Below are positions 38,414-51,715 of a stretch of 64,000 bases of DNA, one piece after another (positions within the stretch are counted from its first letter, which is position 1; every line of letters starts with the position of its first letter). Below the pieces are notes generated by a model, which worked only from the letters and a program-made list of their open reading frames with translations, had not been told where the DNA came from and did not search any database. The position numbers and the translations under genes were made by a program. Source of the stretch: Epiperipatus broadwayi (taxonomy: Eukaryota; Animalia; Onychophora); NCBI GenBank assembly GCA_028023455.1, contig JAQFVV010000011.1, positions 2,294,001 through 2,358,000 of the forward strand, written 5' to 3'.

Positions 38414-40384
38414 AAGAAATATTATTGCAATTTTTTAAGAATTTAATTTCACTATATACGTCAAGCTTATTAAATCTTACATAGTTGTTAATGGTGAAGA
38501 AAAATCTGAAAATGCTGATAAAGGAAGAAATAAAATGATAGAAAATAAATAAGGTAATTTTAAACTGTAAATTAAATAATGCTGCAGATTTGAAATGGCT
38601 GTAATCAAAATTTTGTTCACTCTTTGCTTCACAAGAAGAAATGTGAAAAAAGGTTTATGTAATGTTCGTTTATTATTATTATTATTATTATTAGTTTAAC
38701 ATGTATTGTGCTGTAATATTATGTACATTTGTGTTACAGATATAAAACCGGTCTATGTAGAAAATGAAACCAGTAATATGAATATAAGCTTGTTCAAACT
38801 AAAAATTAAAGGTAATCTTATTGAATATAAATTTTGTTCATATTTTAAATATGATCACAGGTAAAAGGTAAAATTTCTCACAATAAATTATTACAATTTT
38901 ATCTTAATATTTTTCTTTCTTGTTGCTAAAAGCTGCAATTGTTGAATAGTAATAAAAGGGTAATAGACAACTCTAGTCAATTTAAGTGCATAGCTAATGA
39001 CAGTTATAGTTCTGGGTCACTGTCAAATTGATATTGATAATTATAATTTTCATGTGTTAAATAGTGTATCAGCTGCCTTCCTTTTAAATTTAATAAAAAA
39101 AATAAATCTTTTAATTTTTTTATATTTCTCTTTTTAACTCTCACTGTCTTTGAAGGCTTCTGGTCCATCAGGTGGAAATACTAATATCGTTGGTAGCAAG
39201 CTACCAATAATACCAACACTCTGCTACCAAATTATAACATTGGCCATCCAAGCACTTTATTTAGTTTAAGGAAAAAACCCTTTAGGCACCATGTCAATTA
39301 CAATGTAACTAACTTGCTTGCTCGACCAGCAGCATTCATCAGATTCTAGCTACTCCAAATTCTCAGCCCACATTATAAACCTCCAGTTCTCAATCTCAGT
39401 ATCATAGTTATTTAATTATTAAAACATTGGCACTATTCAAAACCTATTGCCTAAAATTTTCCCTTTTAATATTGGCTCAAATCACTAACGATAATTAAAT
39501 ATTTTTATACCCGCTCTCTATCTTTAACTTCTCATTCTTGTCCCATAATAGAAATGCATGCATACATTTTTGTAATACATTAGATATTTAATACATTTTA
39601 TAATATACATTTAAATAATACAAGTAGAAATAAAAGCATATTTAATTAAAGTACACACACACACACCCTAATGAGATTTCATTTTAACGGTCTAATTATG
39701 AAAGTTAATGTACATAATAATAGCCTAAAAATTAATCGTTCTTATAAAGTTTAAAAGTTTTATCTCATTGGTTTTCAACGGCTATAATTAAAAGTTTGAA
39801 GATAAAGGAAAATAAAATGATTTTACCTAGGATTTGAACACTATAATATGCACAATAGGGAAACGTAGCTTCTGCTGATTCTGTTGCTCCAACCGGTTGA
39901 CGATGATTCCTTGTAGGCTTTTTATTTTTTGGTGATGACATATGAACTATTCTGGACATGGACACTTCGCTGATTCTCAGGTTCAAATGAGAATTTTTCT
40001 TCTTCAAACTAACTGCAGGTGTTATTGCAGTGAAGGTTCAGGCCGGCCACACGATTCGATGTGTTCAGCAATGCATTTTTTTATTTAACAGGATCTACTT
40101 TGACTTATTTTTCAATATAATATAATACTATAATGTGATGATGATAATAATAATAATAATAAGTTAAACAATACCAAGCTCTCACTTATATATCCAGTGT
40201 TTCCTTATCTTAGGTTCCATCAGACATTCTATTGCACTCCTATTGGCTTTCTGTTCCTTTTCTTTTAGCATATAAGATTCTTTCCTTTGGTTTATATTTT
40301 AATTAAATAGTAGTAATTAATGCTTTGTTTGTTACTTATCACTAGCCGTTGCAATTATATTTTTCCTTTGTTTTGTTTTTCAGT

Positions 40385-40490
40385 TTTTCTTTCTATATGT
40401 CAAAGCATCGGCCGGGACGCGAACCCACAACCGTCTGCAACAAACTACTTGCTTGCAAGGCAGCTGCGATGAACTCTCAGCTAACAACAC
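40385..40490 (-). mobile_element. tRNA-Gly-derived SINE, TGC subfamily with insertion
   Basis: Reverse complement contains gctgccttgcaagc...ggttgtgggttcgcgtcccggccgatgctttgacata. Confidence 0.7.
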
Positions 40491-42161
40491 TTTTCAGTTT
40501 TTAATTCTTTTATTTGCATTAGTTTTCAATTGTATTATTTTGAGAAAATTCCTTTCTTTTTAACATTTATTTTTATATACGGCACACATCTCGTTACTTT
40601 AATATTATAAGACAAGAATGAAGCTACTTATACCATAAATAAATAATACTATTTATATTATAAATTAATAAAAAAAAATGTTAATCATTTTCTTTTATCT
40701 ATTTTTTATTTCTGAAATCTTTTCCCCCACTTTCAATCGTTTATCTCAATAAAACTCCTACCCCTTGTCTTTTTGTTATTTTCTCTTTCTCCAACTTTTA
40801 AAGCTTTCTTCTTTTTTTTAGACATAAATATACATTTTATTTTTAATTTTTTTTTTAAAACAAATCTCTTTCAACAAATTTATGCATGACAAATACCATG
40901 TAACGACTGTGTGGATATTGCATTTTTCTTATTTATATATTTGTGGTAAGTAATATTAGTATGAGATTTGGTTATCGTCATACTGAATGGTTATAATGAT
41001 ATGCATATAATATTTGGAATATGTGGTATATTTATGTCACATCCCATCAGGTGTACTTGTTCCTTTACCCTGCGTGAGAATAAAAACGATCGTCGTGGGT
41101 GGATCGTGAATGATACCCATTAGGCTTTAAGAAGATTAAGGCTATATTCTCATACTGTAGTTATATAGTTATTTAAATAAGAGATTGACTGCCTTTCCTT
41201 TTTCATATCCCTAAAGATGTCCCAAAAGTGATACTGGGATTTCGGCCCATTTGTAGTCGTGAAATGACCATGGTCTAGGTTGTTTGTTTGTTTTTTCTTT
41301 TTGCCTTAGCTCGACCCCATTATATCTCAGGATATATCATATATTTCATATTCTCATTCCTGAAAGTTAGTATTTAAAAATGTAACCTGCACTAAAATGA
41401 TAAGAAATAATATTTGTCAAAAGTTATTTTATATTAGTAGATTGCTATCTAGTGCTCATCTATATGAGATGATACCATCTATATGATTAATCTTCGTTGC
41501 TTATTATTTATACCCAAGTGTTTATAATGCTGATGTTTTCATTAGTGTTGGAAGAACCCTATAATATCAAATTAATGATCGAAATGTAGGACAACAGTAG
41601 TATTGACTCTCAATGTAGTTTTAACTGTCTAATATTTTAAATAGATGAATAAAATAGAAAATTAATAGTTTCATTAACATGTTGTAGCATAAATCATTAT
41701 ACTTTAAGAGTATCCATTATATTATATTATCTAATATACTATTGGTAGCTTGTTAACCATCGGATAGAATCTTTGTAATTATATTACCTGTATATATTTT
41801 AAATTATTACGTTTCATAAAATCATGCTTAATAAAGAAATAAAATATAAAGTGTGTAGTAAGTTAAAATAAATTCAACTGAAGGAATAGATGTAAATAAT
41901 TATTAATTAAAAGATGGTAATCTATTAAAATTGTAAACAGATCCAAAGAGATCTTCCTTTAATAAAATAATTATGTAACTAAATCTTGTTTTGCATAGTT
42001 TCTGTTCATAATTAACCAAGAATATATATCTTTTCTTTTGCTGTTATTATTTTATAAATTTATAAATAGTGTAAATAATTTTTGTTTTGAAAATGTATCC
42101 AATTGTCCATGATCTTATTGCTAAACACTATTCATATTGTTATTACTACTGGTATCAACAC

Positions 42162-42163
<2 letters not shown>

Positions 42164-42238
<75 letters not shown>

Positions 42239-42330
42239 CATCATCATCATCATCATCATTATCATTATCATCATTATTATTATTATCATCATCATTATTA
42301 TTATAAGTATTATTATTGTTATAAATATCA
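42164..42330. repeat. (TTA)n/(TCA)n compound microsatellite
   Basis: Direct reading. It explains the poly-I/L/Y/N ORFs. Confidence 0.97.
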
Positions 42331-43498
42331 TCATTTAATATGAGCAATTTATTATGTGTTAGCATATCAGAAATAAGTTTTTGCTAAGTTCTTATATTTA
42401 AGAGTATATAAAATGTTACTACTTATTGATCAAAACACTAAATCTTAAGTACATATACTATTTTTCAAATAATGTTTTAAGGGTTAAATATTTAGTTCTT
42501 GGAATAATCCTTTTTATAAATTATTAGATACCATCATTCACTGGGCTTGATCATATTGTCTATGGTCATTAAATAAAAGTTAGTTTATAAATTATTATTA
42601 TTATTATATTTACTTTATTATTAAGAATTTATTAATACATCCTAAAATTTAAAGTTTATTTTTATTGTTGCTATTGGAATAGTTAAATATTCTTTACTAA
42701 TTCCATTTTTGCATTATGAGCTATCTTTGTTTGCTATATTTGGATAGTAGCAAAATTCTTCTTACTGATTCAGATATACTTTTAAAATAGTAACATTTCA
42801 AATTATTTAAACCCTGAGAAAATTAAGCTATTGATTAATAATTTCAACTTTGATTTTATTATTAGTTTTTCATTCTTAAGTTATCTGTTATGCATCATCT
42901 TGTTCTCTTATATTCATTCTTATTGTTTATTCGATTCAGTAGAATTTTAAAATGTAAGCTTCTTTCTCTAGTTTAAAACTTATAAACCATTTTAAATTAG
43001 TAGTTAAATATTTTTTTATTAGTCAAGCTTGGAACCCCTTGCCTTTATTTCATTATTGTCATGCTTTTGTTTGTAATAATATCAGTTTAATAGTTCAGGA
43101 TCTCATTCTTTATCACCAAATTGTTATCATAGCTTGTCCATATTTTATTTTATTTTATTTTCAGTCTCATTTTGTTTTAAGTCACTATCATCATTAATTC
43201 ATCCTTCATTGATCCTCATTCTATCACAACCGTAAGTACACATCACCCTAATGCATTTTCCTTTCTCTTATTTTCACCCTTAAGTCCATTCATTTTTATT
43301 AGTTGATTATTATTTGTTCTTCATCACCCATTTAATCTTCTACATCTTTATTCATTTATCTTCCAACTCATAATTCTAATCCCATACTCAGTTCATACAT
43401 AGATGCCCTCCAAATTATTAACTATCTAGTAGAATTACAAGTTAAATCTATCTTTTAATATTTTTATTTTAGTTCTTTGTAGTTAGTTTAATCAATGT

Positions 43499-43731
43499 AT
43501 TCTAGCTCTCCACTGACATGAGCCATAAGCTCGAAACCAGTTGGTCTGGAGATGGGAAGATTCTGGATAGAGATTTTAAATATTTTCTCATACCGCACTT
43601 ATCAATTAAGAGCTTGATTGAGCTATTGGTATGCTCTCTGTATTACATTTTTGTAAATACAAGCTTATAAAAGTTATGTCACATTATATATGACTTGATT
43701 TTTTGATTATTTTATTTAATATTAGATATAA
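43499..43731 (+). mobile_element. Family B short element with HHR motif
   Basis: Matches ~49547-49763. Motif 43507-43552: tctcca CTGACAT gagc cataa gctc GAAA ccagttgg TC tggaga. Confidence 0.8.
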
Positions 43732-44349
43732 GAAATGTAAGGTTCATGTAATGTAAAATTGATAGTGCCCTGTAGCCTCTACTTATGTCTACTCATGATC
43801 TTGCTAGCTAAGTATGTTTTAATATTTTATTTTGTATTTTAACTTCTGTATCATTATTCTCATATGCATATGATGGTTACAAAGGCTGCTTCCTACTTTT
43901 CCTTAAATTTGTTCATGCCCATACATTCACTAGCCAGTCAATTTTCATATAACCTTCTCTTGTATTTTGACCTCATTATATTTCCTGTTCATTAGAATAA
44001 TTTATATTGGAGGCTACAAAGCCCTTCTATTAGAATTTATGCATAAGCTTATGTTTTACATGCGCTTTATTATTTTATGTAAGATTACTATATATATATA
44101 GTCTAAAGTATTTATTTGTATCATTTATACTAATATTCAGTTTCACACATACATAGACATTGTTATTATATTCTATCATTATTATACAGATCTAATCAAA
44201 TTTTTTTATATTGTTCACAATATAACACATTCCTAAAAACCTCTTTTTTTTTTTTAAACCAGGATTGGAATAAAACTAACAAAACATTACATGACTTCAC
44301 TTTTCATAATGTTTTTCAATAAGCAACTCCTCTTTTTCTCATTCCAATT

Positions 44350-44900
44350 ATGCATTTAGTGTAAGCTCAGGTAATCAATAGATGATAGATTTTAGTGCTT
44401 AATAAAATCCTATCCAGTGATTATCAAAAGAAATTTGCAAAAAATGCAGGTTTATTAAACTCAGCTTCTCAATTACTTATTGATAAAAGCCTTTAGATAG
44501 AAATAAACTTGTCAGGAAATATGGATAACACATTGAATACAGATTTATTAAACATCGCCAACTAACATTTATTCACTACTCAACTTTACATTAACTTGTA
44601 AGTTCTCATTATTTTATGAACATCTGGACTCTGATTTTGATGACAAAAACACACAGACCAAATAAGTCCAGATCACTATACCTTAAATTCTGTCTAAGGA
44701 ATGCATGTAGTTTCCCAATACACTGGTATTCTGTTGACATCACTCTGATTGAAGAAGTACTGGAATCCATAAACAACTCATAAAAGCATTAACTAATCTA
44801 ATTTGAAGATTAAAATTTATACATTATTACCTTAAAGCAAAACATTCAAAAATCAAGCTACTGACTGCGTAATTAAATTTCATGTAGGTCATAGATCAAA
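44350..44900 (+). pseudogene. Decayed LINE RT remnant
   Basis: YSVDITLIE at ~44727 (YADD-like) and a KAFD-like relic at ~44485. Confidence 0.3.
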
Positions 44901-47539
44901 AATTTAACCAGATGTTTGAAAAATACATATGGTAAAAATACAAGTTTGCTTATCTGTCACACTAAATATTATAACGGCTAACAGATAATCCAGTTAATTC
45001 AGTAAACCAGAACCGGGCATTTCACATCTGCAATCATAAGAATATAAGTTGTGGTGTATACCCATTGATTAAAAGGATATAAAAAACGAGCACAATAAAT
45101 TAATAATTGTTATCTCTTAAAAACTTGTCAGTGTATACTGTGGAAAGACTAGGTGAGAGGGTTAAAACTATCCCCGTGAATGCATTCATGAATCAAGGAC
45201 TTTATATTGATAATTTTTTAAAAATTATAAATGTCAGGATTTTTGGCAAAGATGCACATGTGCCAATGTATATAAATATACACAATATAAAAACATTATA
45301 CGACAACAATTATTTCACTATTTGATATAAAAAAACATTTTTTTTTGGGGGGGGGGGATAATACTTAGTAACCATTCTCAGTGTAACATATTTATTATTA
45401 CGAATGCTTACAATATTTGCTAATATAGAATCTTTTTCAATTTTATTTATTTATATGCAAAAAAAAACAAAAAACAATAGAATGCACTCTATTTATATTC
45501 ATATTATGACAATCCCTTTAATGGAAAGCAAATCGTATGATTAAAAATGCCTAATATATACTACGTCAAAATTTTCATAATAATAGAAGTATTTTTAGTA
45601 TCTTAGCCTAGATTTTTATGAACTAGCTTTTGAAAAGATACACCACAAATGTCCTTATTTGAGAGCTTGAATTGTAAAATCATTTTTAAAAATAAAGATG
45701 ATTTTGCTTAATGTCAGACAAACTTTGATTTCAAAAAAACAAAAATTCTACAGATATAAATAATATATATATATTAAAATAAAACTTCACCCTTATTAAT
45801 CAAAATATATACTTAGACGACCAGTAATTGAATGATCGATCATTAATTCATTTTTATAGTCAAAATTACAAAGTATTGTTTTGATATATTCTTATAATTC
45901 TATAAAAATTTTGCACCGATATAAATATATTTTGTACTTCAAAATGTTATATTATTATAAGACAAAGAATTTCAATATATACAAACTATATAGATAGTAA
46001 AATTAATGCTTATTTCATTTTCCAGCAGAATGACTGCGGGGGGGGGGGGAGATTTTTTCTTGCGAAAAAATTCACAAAGTCCAAAAAAAAAAAGGTGTGG
46101 AACCCGGGATTTCAGATTAAAAGTAACCTAGTTGTATATAATTTTTTTGGCTTTTTAAAATATATAAATAGCTGGTTACTACATATACGTACACGCACGA
46201 ATTTAATTTTGTGTGTGTATATTGTCATCATCGTCATCATTATTAATACTATAGCATCATTAACGTTTTAATTAGATCTCACTAATGATATTAATAGTTA
46301 TTTAGTCACTTATACTACTCTGATGATAGTAGTAGGTGGTTATTCATGGCAGAACCCCCAAATTATCTTCTTTTACTTCAAGGGACTATATTAATGCTGT
46401 ATCCCAAGTATTAAAACAATCCACAAAGCAGATTAAAAAACGATCCAGTTCTACCGATGGCCTACAATCTTATATGAATAATAAAAAGTGATATCTATTA
46501 GAATGATTACTAAATCCATGGAGACAGAAATTGATTTATTTTTTATTGCTTTGTAGAATGATTTAATGCTAAAGTTTGTAGCATTCACACTGCTTAGCAA
46601 TTGTGAATGTATCACTCCATTTATTAATACTATTTTGAATTAAAAGAGGACTACTTTTTACTTCAACAGCAACAAAAAACCCATCAAAAGAATAATTATA
46701 GGTTAATGGAGAAATTTGTTTAGTCTCGGGGACATTGTCAATTAATAGAAATTGATAATTTCATGGCAACATCAAAAGGCAAAAGTTATTTCTGTTTACA
46801 TGGAAATAATCTCCTTATTTCTATTCTTTATTATAATAACAATTCATGAAAATATTTAATTCAACACATACACACATATATATATATATAGCTACACAAA
46901 AATAGTAATCAAATAAAGTTACTAAATGTAAATATGAAATTAGCATAACATGATGTATATGAAATTAATGAAATAAATTATTCTCAGGTTATGAATAATT
47001 AACTGTTGATCTTCTGTAAACAGGGTATTATTTATTCATAGCTGGGAGGGTGATGGTGGTTTGTTCCATTAATTAATGACCATAAAATATTAATAATTTA
47101 ACAAGTAGTAATAATCAATTATAGCATGTTTTCTGTTCACAATCCCATTATTCAACAATCTTCAATAGCATGTATATTATTTTTCATAATTTAAAGCTAT
47201 GTGTATAAATGAAGTATAATTTGGGATTAGGCTTTCAAAATAAAGTTTCTGACATTACAAAATGCTTAGCTAATCTGCCTGTGACACATTTTAATATCTG
47301 CCTAATAATGTATATAATTAAAACATCATAAATTCAAATATTTACCAATATTGTAATAAGTGTTTAAAAATTATGCCCCATTTTAAACTGACTTCTGGCT
47401 ATTTGTAGATGATAGATTGGAGAATATGTTCATTATCATTTTTAGTTGATAGAAACTGTTTGAATTCTCTTTGAAAGATTTTTAAGAATGTCATTATTCT
47501 GAAAAGAGTCAAAAAATATTTGTAAAAAATTATTGTAAA

Positions 47540-48070
47540 TAGAAAACCTTTGGAAATAAAAGTGAGTAAAGAAGAATAGCATTGGCAAAGGTGACATTTG
47601 TAAAAAGAAAGAAGATATTTTGTGGACCTATGGAAAGAGAATTAAGGGATTAATTAAATGTTATGTGTGGAGTGTATTAATGTATGGTTGTGAGACATGA
47701 ACATTGAGTAATAGAATTAAAAACCGATTGGAAGCTTTTGAGATGTGGACATGGAGAAAAATGGAAAAAATCAGTTGGATGAGTAAAATAACAAATGAAG
47801 TTTTGAAAAGAGTTAATGAGGAAAGAAGATTGATTGAAAATATCAGAGAGAGAAAGAGAAACTCGATTGAACATATACTAAGAAGAAATTATAGTTTAAT
47901 GAAAGATGTTTTGGAGGGAATGATGAGTGAAAATAAAAAGAAAGGATGAAAGAGATTGGCATTATTGGATGATATAAGAGATGGAAAGCCTTATGTGGAA
48001 TTGAGAAAATGGGCAAGGAAGAGAATGGAATGGATGAACTGATGTAGTGACTACTCTCTGGACCTGTCTA
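47540..48070 (+). pseudogene. RTE-like LINE C-terminal remnant
   Basis: CYVWSVLMYGCET*, then RLEAFEMWTWRKMEKISW...ITNEVLKRVNEERRLIENIRERK. Confidence 0.75.
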
Positions 48071-48286
48071 TTGGACAGACCACTATTGATTGAATGTGTA
48101 ATATAGAAGTTACTTTGCCCTTGATGGAAATAAAATTAACTATAGAGTTTAAAAGTAGTAATAGTATTTCTTTACTATGAATTTAATTAAATAAGATCAA
48201 CAAAAGTATCCAAGGTATGCCATACATTGAAAATATTCAAAGTATTGTTAAATATTTTGATTGCTGTTAGTAATGTTGGGGTTTGG

Positions 48287-48325
48287 TGTAGCTGATGAAA
48301 GAGTTTCCTTGAAACTAGTTCTGTG
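48287..48325 (+). ncRNA. Isolated type I hammerhead motif
   Basis: tgtag CTGATGA aag agtttc ctt GAAA ctag TT ctgtg. Stem I is G-U rich. Confidence 0.5.
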
Positions 48326-49343
48326 AACTTTGTATTGTCTTATTTCCCAATTCAGAATTTGTCTGCTATATAAGACCTAACTAATAAGCTAATACATAGG
48401 GATATTTTTTTTAATATTCTCTCATTCATAATAATTATTTTGAATATTAATAAAAGCAGAATGATTATAAACAGTTAATATTTGCAATATCTTTAAATCT
48501 CTTTTTTACTATAGCTAGTCATCAACTACTCAGTAATCTTTCATAAGCTAGCTTTAGATGACTGCTTGACAGTGAATTATACAATCTCTAATAATACATC
48601 TATGAAGAAAGATAGCATAGTAGATAGTAAATGCTGCTTCTACATTCAGAGTGTAAAGAGAATACAGATTAAAAAAGGAGAACTCTAGATAATTAGCAAG
48701 AAATTTTTTTAAAAAAACCATCATCATTATTATTAATAAGAAATTAATAACAATAAACTCTTTCTCTTTAAAAATATGGTTCCAAATAATCTTTCATATA
48801 TAAAAAATGCAATGATTGTTTTCTTCATTTTTTAAAAAAAAGCTATTTATTTTTATGAATCCATATATATATTCTAATACATTATACACATATTTCCAAC
48901 ATTTCAACTATTTCTTTGTAGCATTATATATGATATATACATATCATTAAAAAACAGTCAACACAATCCCAATATCAATAACAATCAACAATTTGAAACT
49001 GTTGTCAAGGCAATCTCCTTTTAACAATAAAGGTGGAATCGCCATCTTTGTTAATGGTGTAATATACTTATATAGATACCTAAAGATTGCAACTTGACCA
49101 CAGAAATTGAAATTATTGATATGAATAAATTTAAATAAACCTATTTAATAACCTATTCTGAATCTAGACTAATAAATAGTCAATTATAACATTACAAACT
49201 GCAATTATAAATTTCAAATTGCATTTGAAGTATTACTTAAATAATAAGTGCAATACAGAGAGCGTACCATTAGCTCAAACAAGCTCTTAATTAATAAGTG
49301 TGGTATGAGAAAATATTTAAAATCTCTATCCAGAACACTCTTA

Positions 49344-49389
49344 TCTCCTGACCAACTGATTTTGAGCTTATGGCTCACATCAGTGGAGA
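49344..49389 (-). ncRNA. Family B hammerhead motif (G12A, decayed)
   Basis: Minus strand: tctcca CTGATGT gagc cataa gctc aAAA tcagttgg TC aggaga. Confidence 0.6.
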
Positions 49390-49555
49390 GCTAGAATATT
49401 CGAACACTAGATCTAAAATATCAACTCAAAACCCAGCACTTATTTCAAATGTATATTTAAGTAAAAACTCTGAAATTTTTGGACTTAAATATACTTTTGA
49501 AATAAGTGCTGAGTTTTGAGTTGACATTTTAGATCTAGTGTCTGAATATTCTAGC

Positions 49556-49601
49556 TCTCCACTGATGTGAGCCATAAGCTCGAAAACAGTTGGTCTGGAG
49601 A
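49556..49601 (+). ncRNA. Family B hammerhead motif (CUGAUGU core)
   Basis: tctcca CTGATGT gagc cataa gctc GAAA acagttgg TC tggaga. Confidence 0.75.
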
Positions 49602-49879
49602 TGAGAGAGTTCTGGATAGAGATTTTAAATATTTTCTCATACTGCACTTATTAATTAAGAGCTTGTTTGAGCTATTGGTATGCTCTCTGTATTGCATTTT
49701 CGTAAATACAAGCTTATAAAAGTAATGTCACATTATATATGACTTGCTTGTTGCTTTTGATTATTAAATAATAAGTGAAATAATGCTCAAGGCAAAATGG
49801 GTTTGTAAGTAGTCATTAAACAGACAGTCCCAATATATATATATATATAAATTATTAATCAATGTCTGTATATATATAT

Positions 49880-50790
49880 ATATTGTTATGAGCACATATT
49901 TTTATCTCATAATATAACATTTCTTTAGCATCTGCATATATTACTTTTTATTATATAAATTTTACTACTATTATTATTATTTACTTTACCCTATTCTATA
50001 TTTTTTAACCAATTTTTTATTATATCTTACATAAACATATGACACCTTTACAAACCCAGCAATACAAACAATTTCTTATTTGAAATGCCCCATATCTATA
50101 TTATTCCAGTCACACTCCCCCTTTAAATAAAGAAAGCATGAAGTTTAGCACAGAAAAGGATTTCAGTGTAGGGCTGAAATTCAAGCTTTCTATATTTTAA
50201 AGGGGGAGTGTGGCTGGAATAATATAGCTATGGGATATTTCAAATATTTAATATGGAATTCAGCTAGTGGTATGCATTGTTTTTATTTCTTAAACAATTT
50301 CTTATATATTACTATTTATATAATACTATAAATTACATGGAATTAAGACCATTATTTAACAATATGTTCTATTTAAAACTGGTTTTTCTTTGTTAATATA
50401 TAAACATGCATACATAGTTAAGAAATTTAAACATTGAAAATTTGATATATGTATGTTAAAAAATGTTAAATTATATAAGGAAAGAATGTTAAAAGAAAGT
50501 TCATATATTAAGAAAGAAAAACCAGTTTTAAATAGAACAAATTGTTAAATAATGGTTTTAATCATAAGTAATTTATAGTATTTTATAAATAGCAATATAT
50601 AAGAAATTGATGGTATTGTTACATTTGTTAATGTTTTATATATTTGTGTAAAATGTAACAAAAAATTGGTTAAAAAAATAAAGAGTAGTTGGAGATATGT
50701 AATAATAATAGTAATTTATATAATGAAAAGAAATACATATAGATGCTAAAAAATATTATTATAAGTTAAAAATATATACTTATAATAATA
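49880..50790. repeat. Older palindrome interrupted by a younger fold-back
   Basis: Left arm ~49880-50079 plus 50306-50400 pairs with ~50505-50790. Confidence 0.7.
50080..50291. mobile_element. Nested fold-back insertion, 14-bp TSD
   Basis: Arms ~50080-50140 and ~50183-50247. TSD aaacaatttcttat at 50066-50079 and 50292-50305. Confidence 0.8.
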
Positions 50791-51519
50791 TATGTAAATA
50801 TTTATAGATCCTTGATAATAACTACAAGGAAGTAGTTGAAATGTCAGAAACATGTATAATGTATTGGAATGTATGATGGATTCATGAAAATAAAGTTGTT
50901 TTTTTAAAAAAGGAAGAAAACCATTTTACTGAATTTTTTATATAGAAAGAAAATATACTATAGAATTTTCTAGAAATTTAAGATGAAAAGTATTTGTATT
51001 AGAGTAATTTGTCTGCATAAAATGTGATACTGTATGAAATGAAAAAATAAGCATGTATATTTTTGGTTGGGGGGGGTGTTTATAATGTCTAATAAAAAAA
51101 TTAAAGAGAAAGTAAATGGGGCTAAAGAGAAATGAATCACCCCTTTTTAATGACTTCATATCTTATAATTAGATATGTATTTTGCAATTATGTATTCAAA
51201 TTAAATGTTCTATCTGAAAAGACGTGTGATAACTAGGTATCAGGATAATACAGTTAAGTCATAACACATGATCATTACTTGTGTTTATTGCCTTAATACA
51301 ATTTATTCTAGCATCTCTTCTTCAGAGTTCCATATAACTGTTAACATTAATAAGATATGTACTATTAAATCATCATCTTTCTTTGGAAGTTTAATTACGG
51401 ATTAACTCATTGGAAGCTTAAGTTACTTCCTGTTCATTTACATATCTGAGTTATTTATTTACAAATATTAAGATATTAAAATTTATTTCCACTTCTCTTT
51501 ATTTGCATTAATAAATTAT

Positions 51520-51715
51520 ATATATAATATACCATTTACTCCTTAATAAACACTTTACAATGCCACTTTATCATATGATTTATTTCCTCTTGCTTACAGT
51601 TTCAACTACCCTGCAGTCACATCAGACCTATAACAACTGTAAGCAAGAGGAAATAAATCATATGTTAAAATTGCACTGTAAAGTGTTTATTAAGGTGTAT
51701 ATGGTATAGTACATA
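51520..51715. mobile_element. Fold-back with a decayed HHR core in the spacer
   Basis: Arms ~51527-51601 and ~51635-51710. Minus-strand CTGATGT gact gcagggt agtt GAAA at 51600-51625. Confidence 0.6.

Larger units (their letters stand above)
35806..38510. mobile_element. 5'-truncated Penelope-like element as a head-to-head palindrome, 12-bp TSD
   Basis: Arms 35804-37103 (-) and 37185-38471 (+), highly similar. TSD aatgctgataaa at 35794-35805 and 38511-38522. Confidence 0.93.
49251..49763. mobile_element. Family B head-to-head palindromic insertion, 14-bp TSD
   Basis: Arms 49251-49462 (-) and 49483-49694 (+), plus a longer right tail. TSD ttaaataataagtg at 49237-49250 and 49764-49777. Confidence 0.9.

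Noticed and set aside
39300-39350. Minus-strand CTGATGA a tgct...agca
   Set aside because: Followed by GCAA rather than GAAA, with no stem I or NUH geometry.
39765-40080. CpG-containing island with an 80-aa minus-strand ORF, a possible host exon
   Set aside because: No recognisable motif and no clear splice pair.
42087-42365. Poly-I/L/Y/N/D ORFs
   Set aside because: Translation artefacts of the trinucleotide microsatellite.
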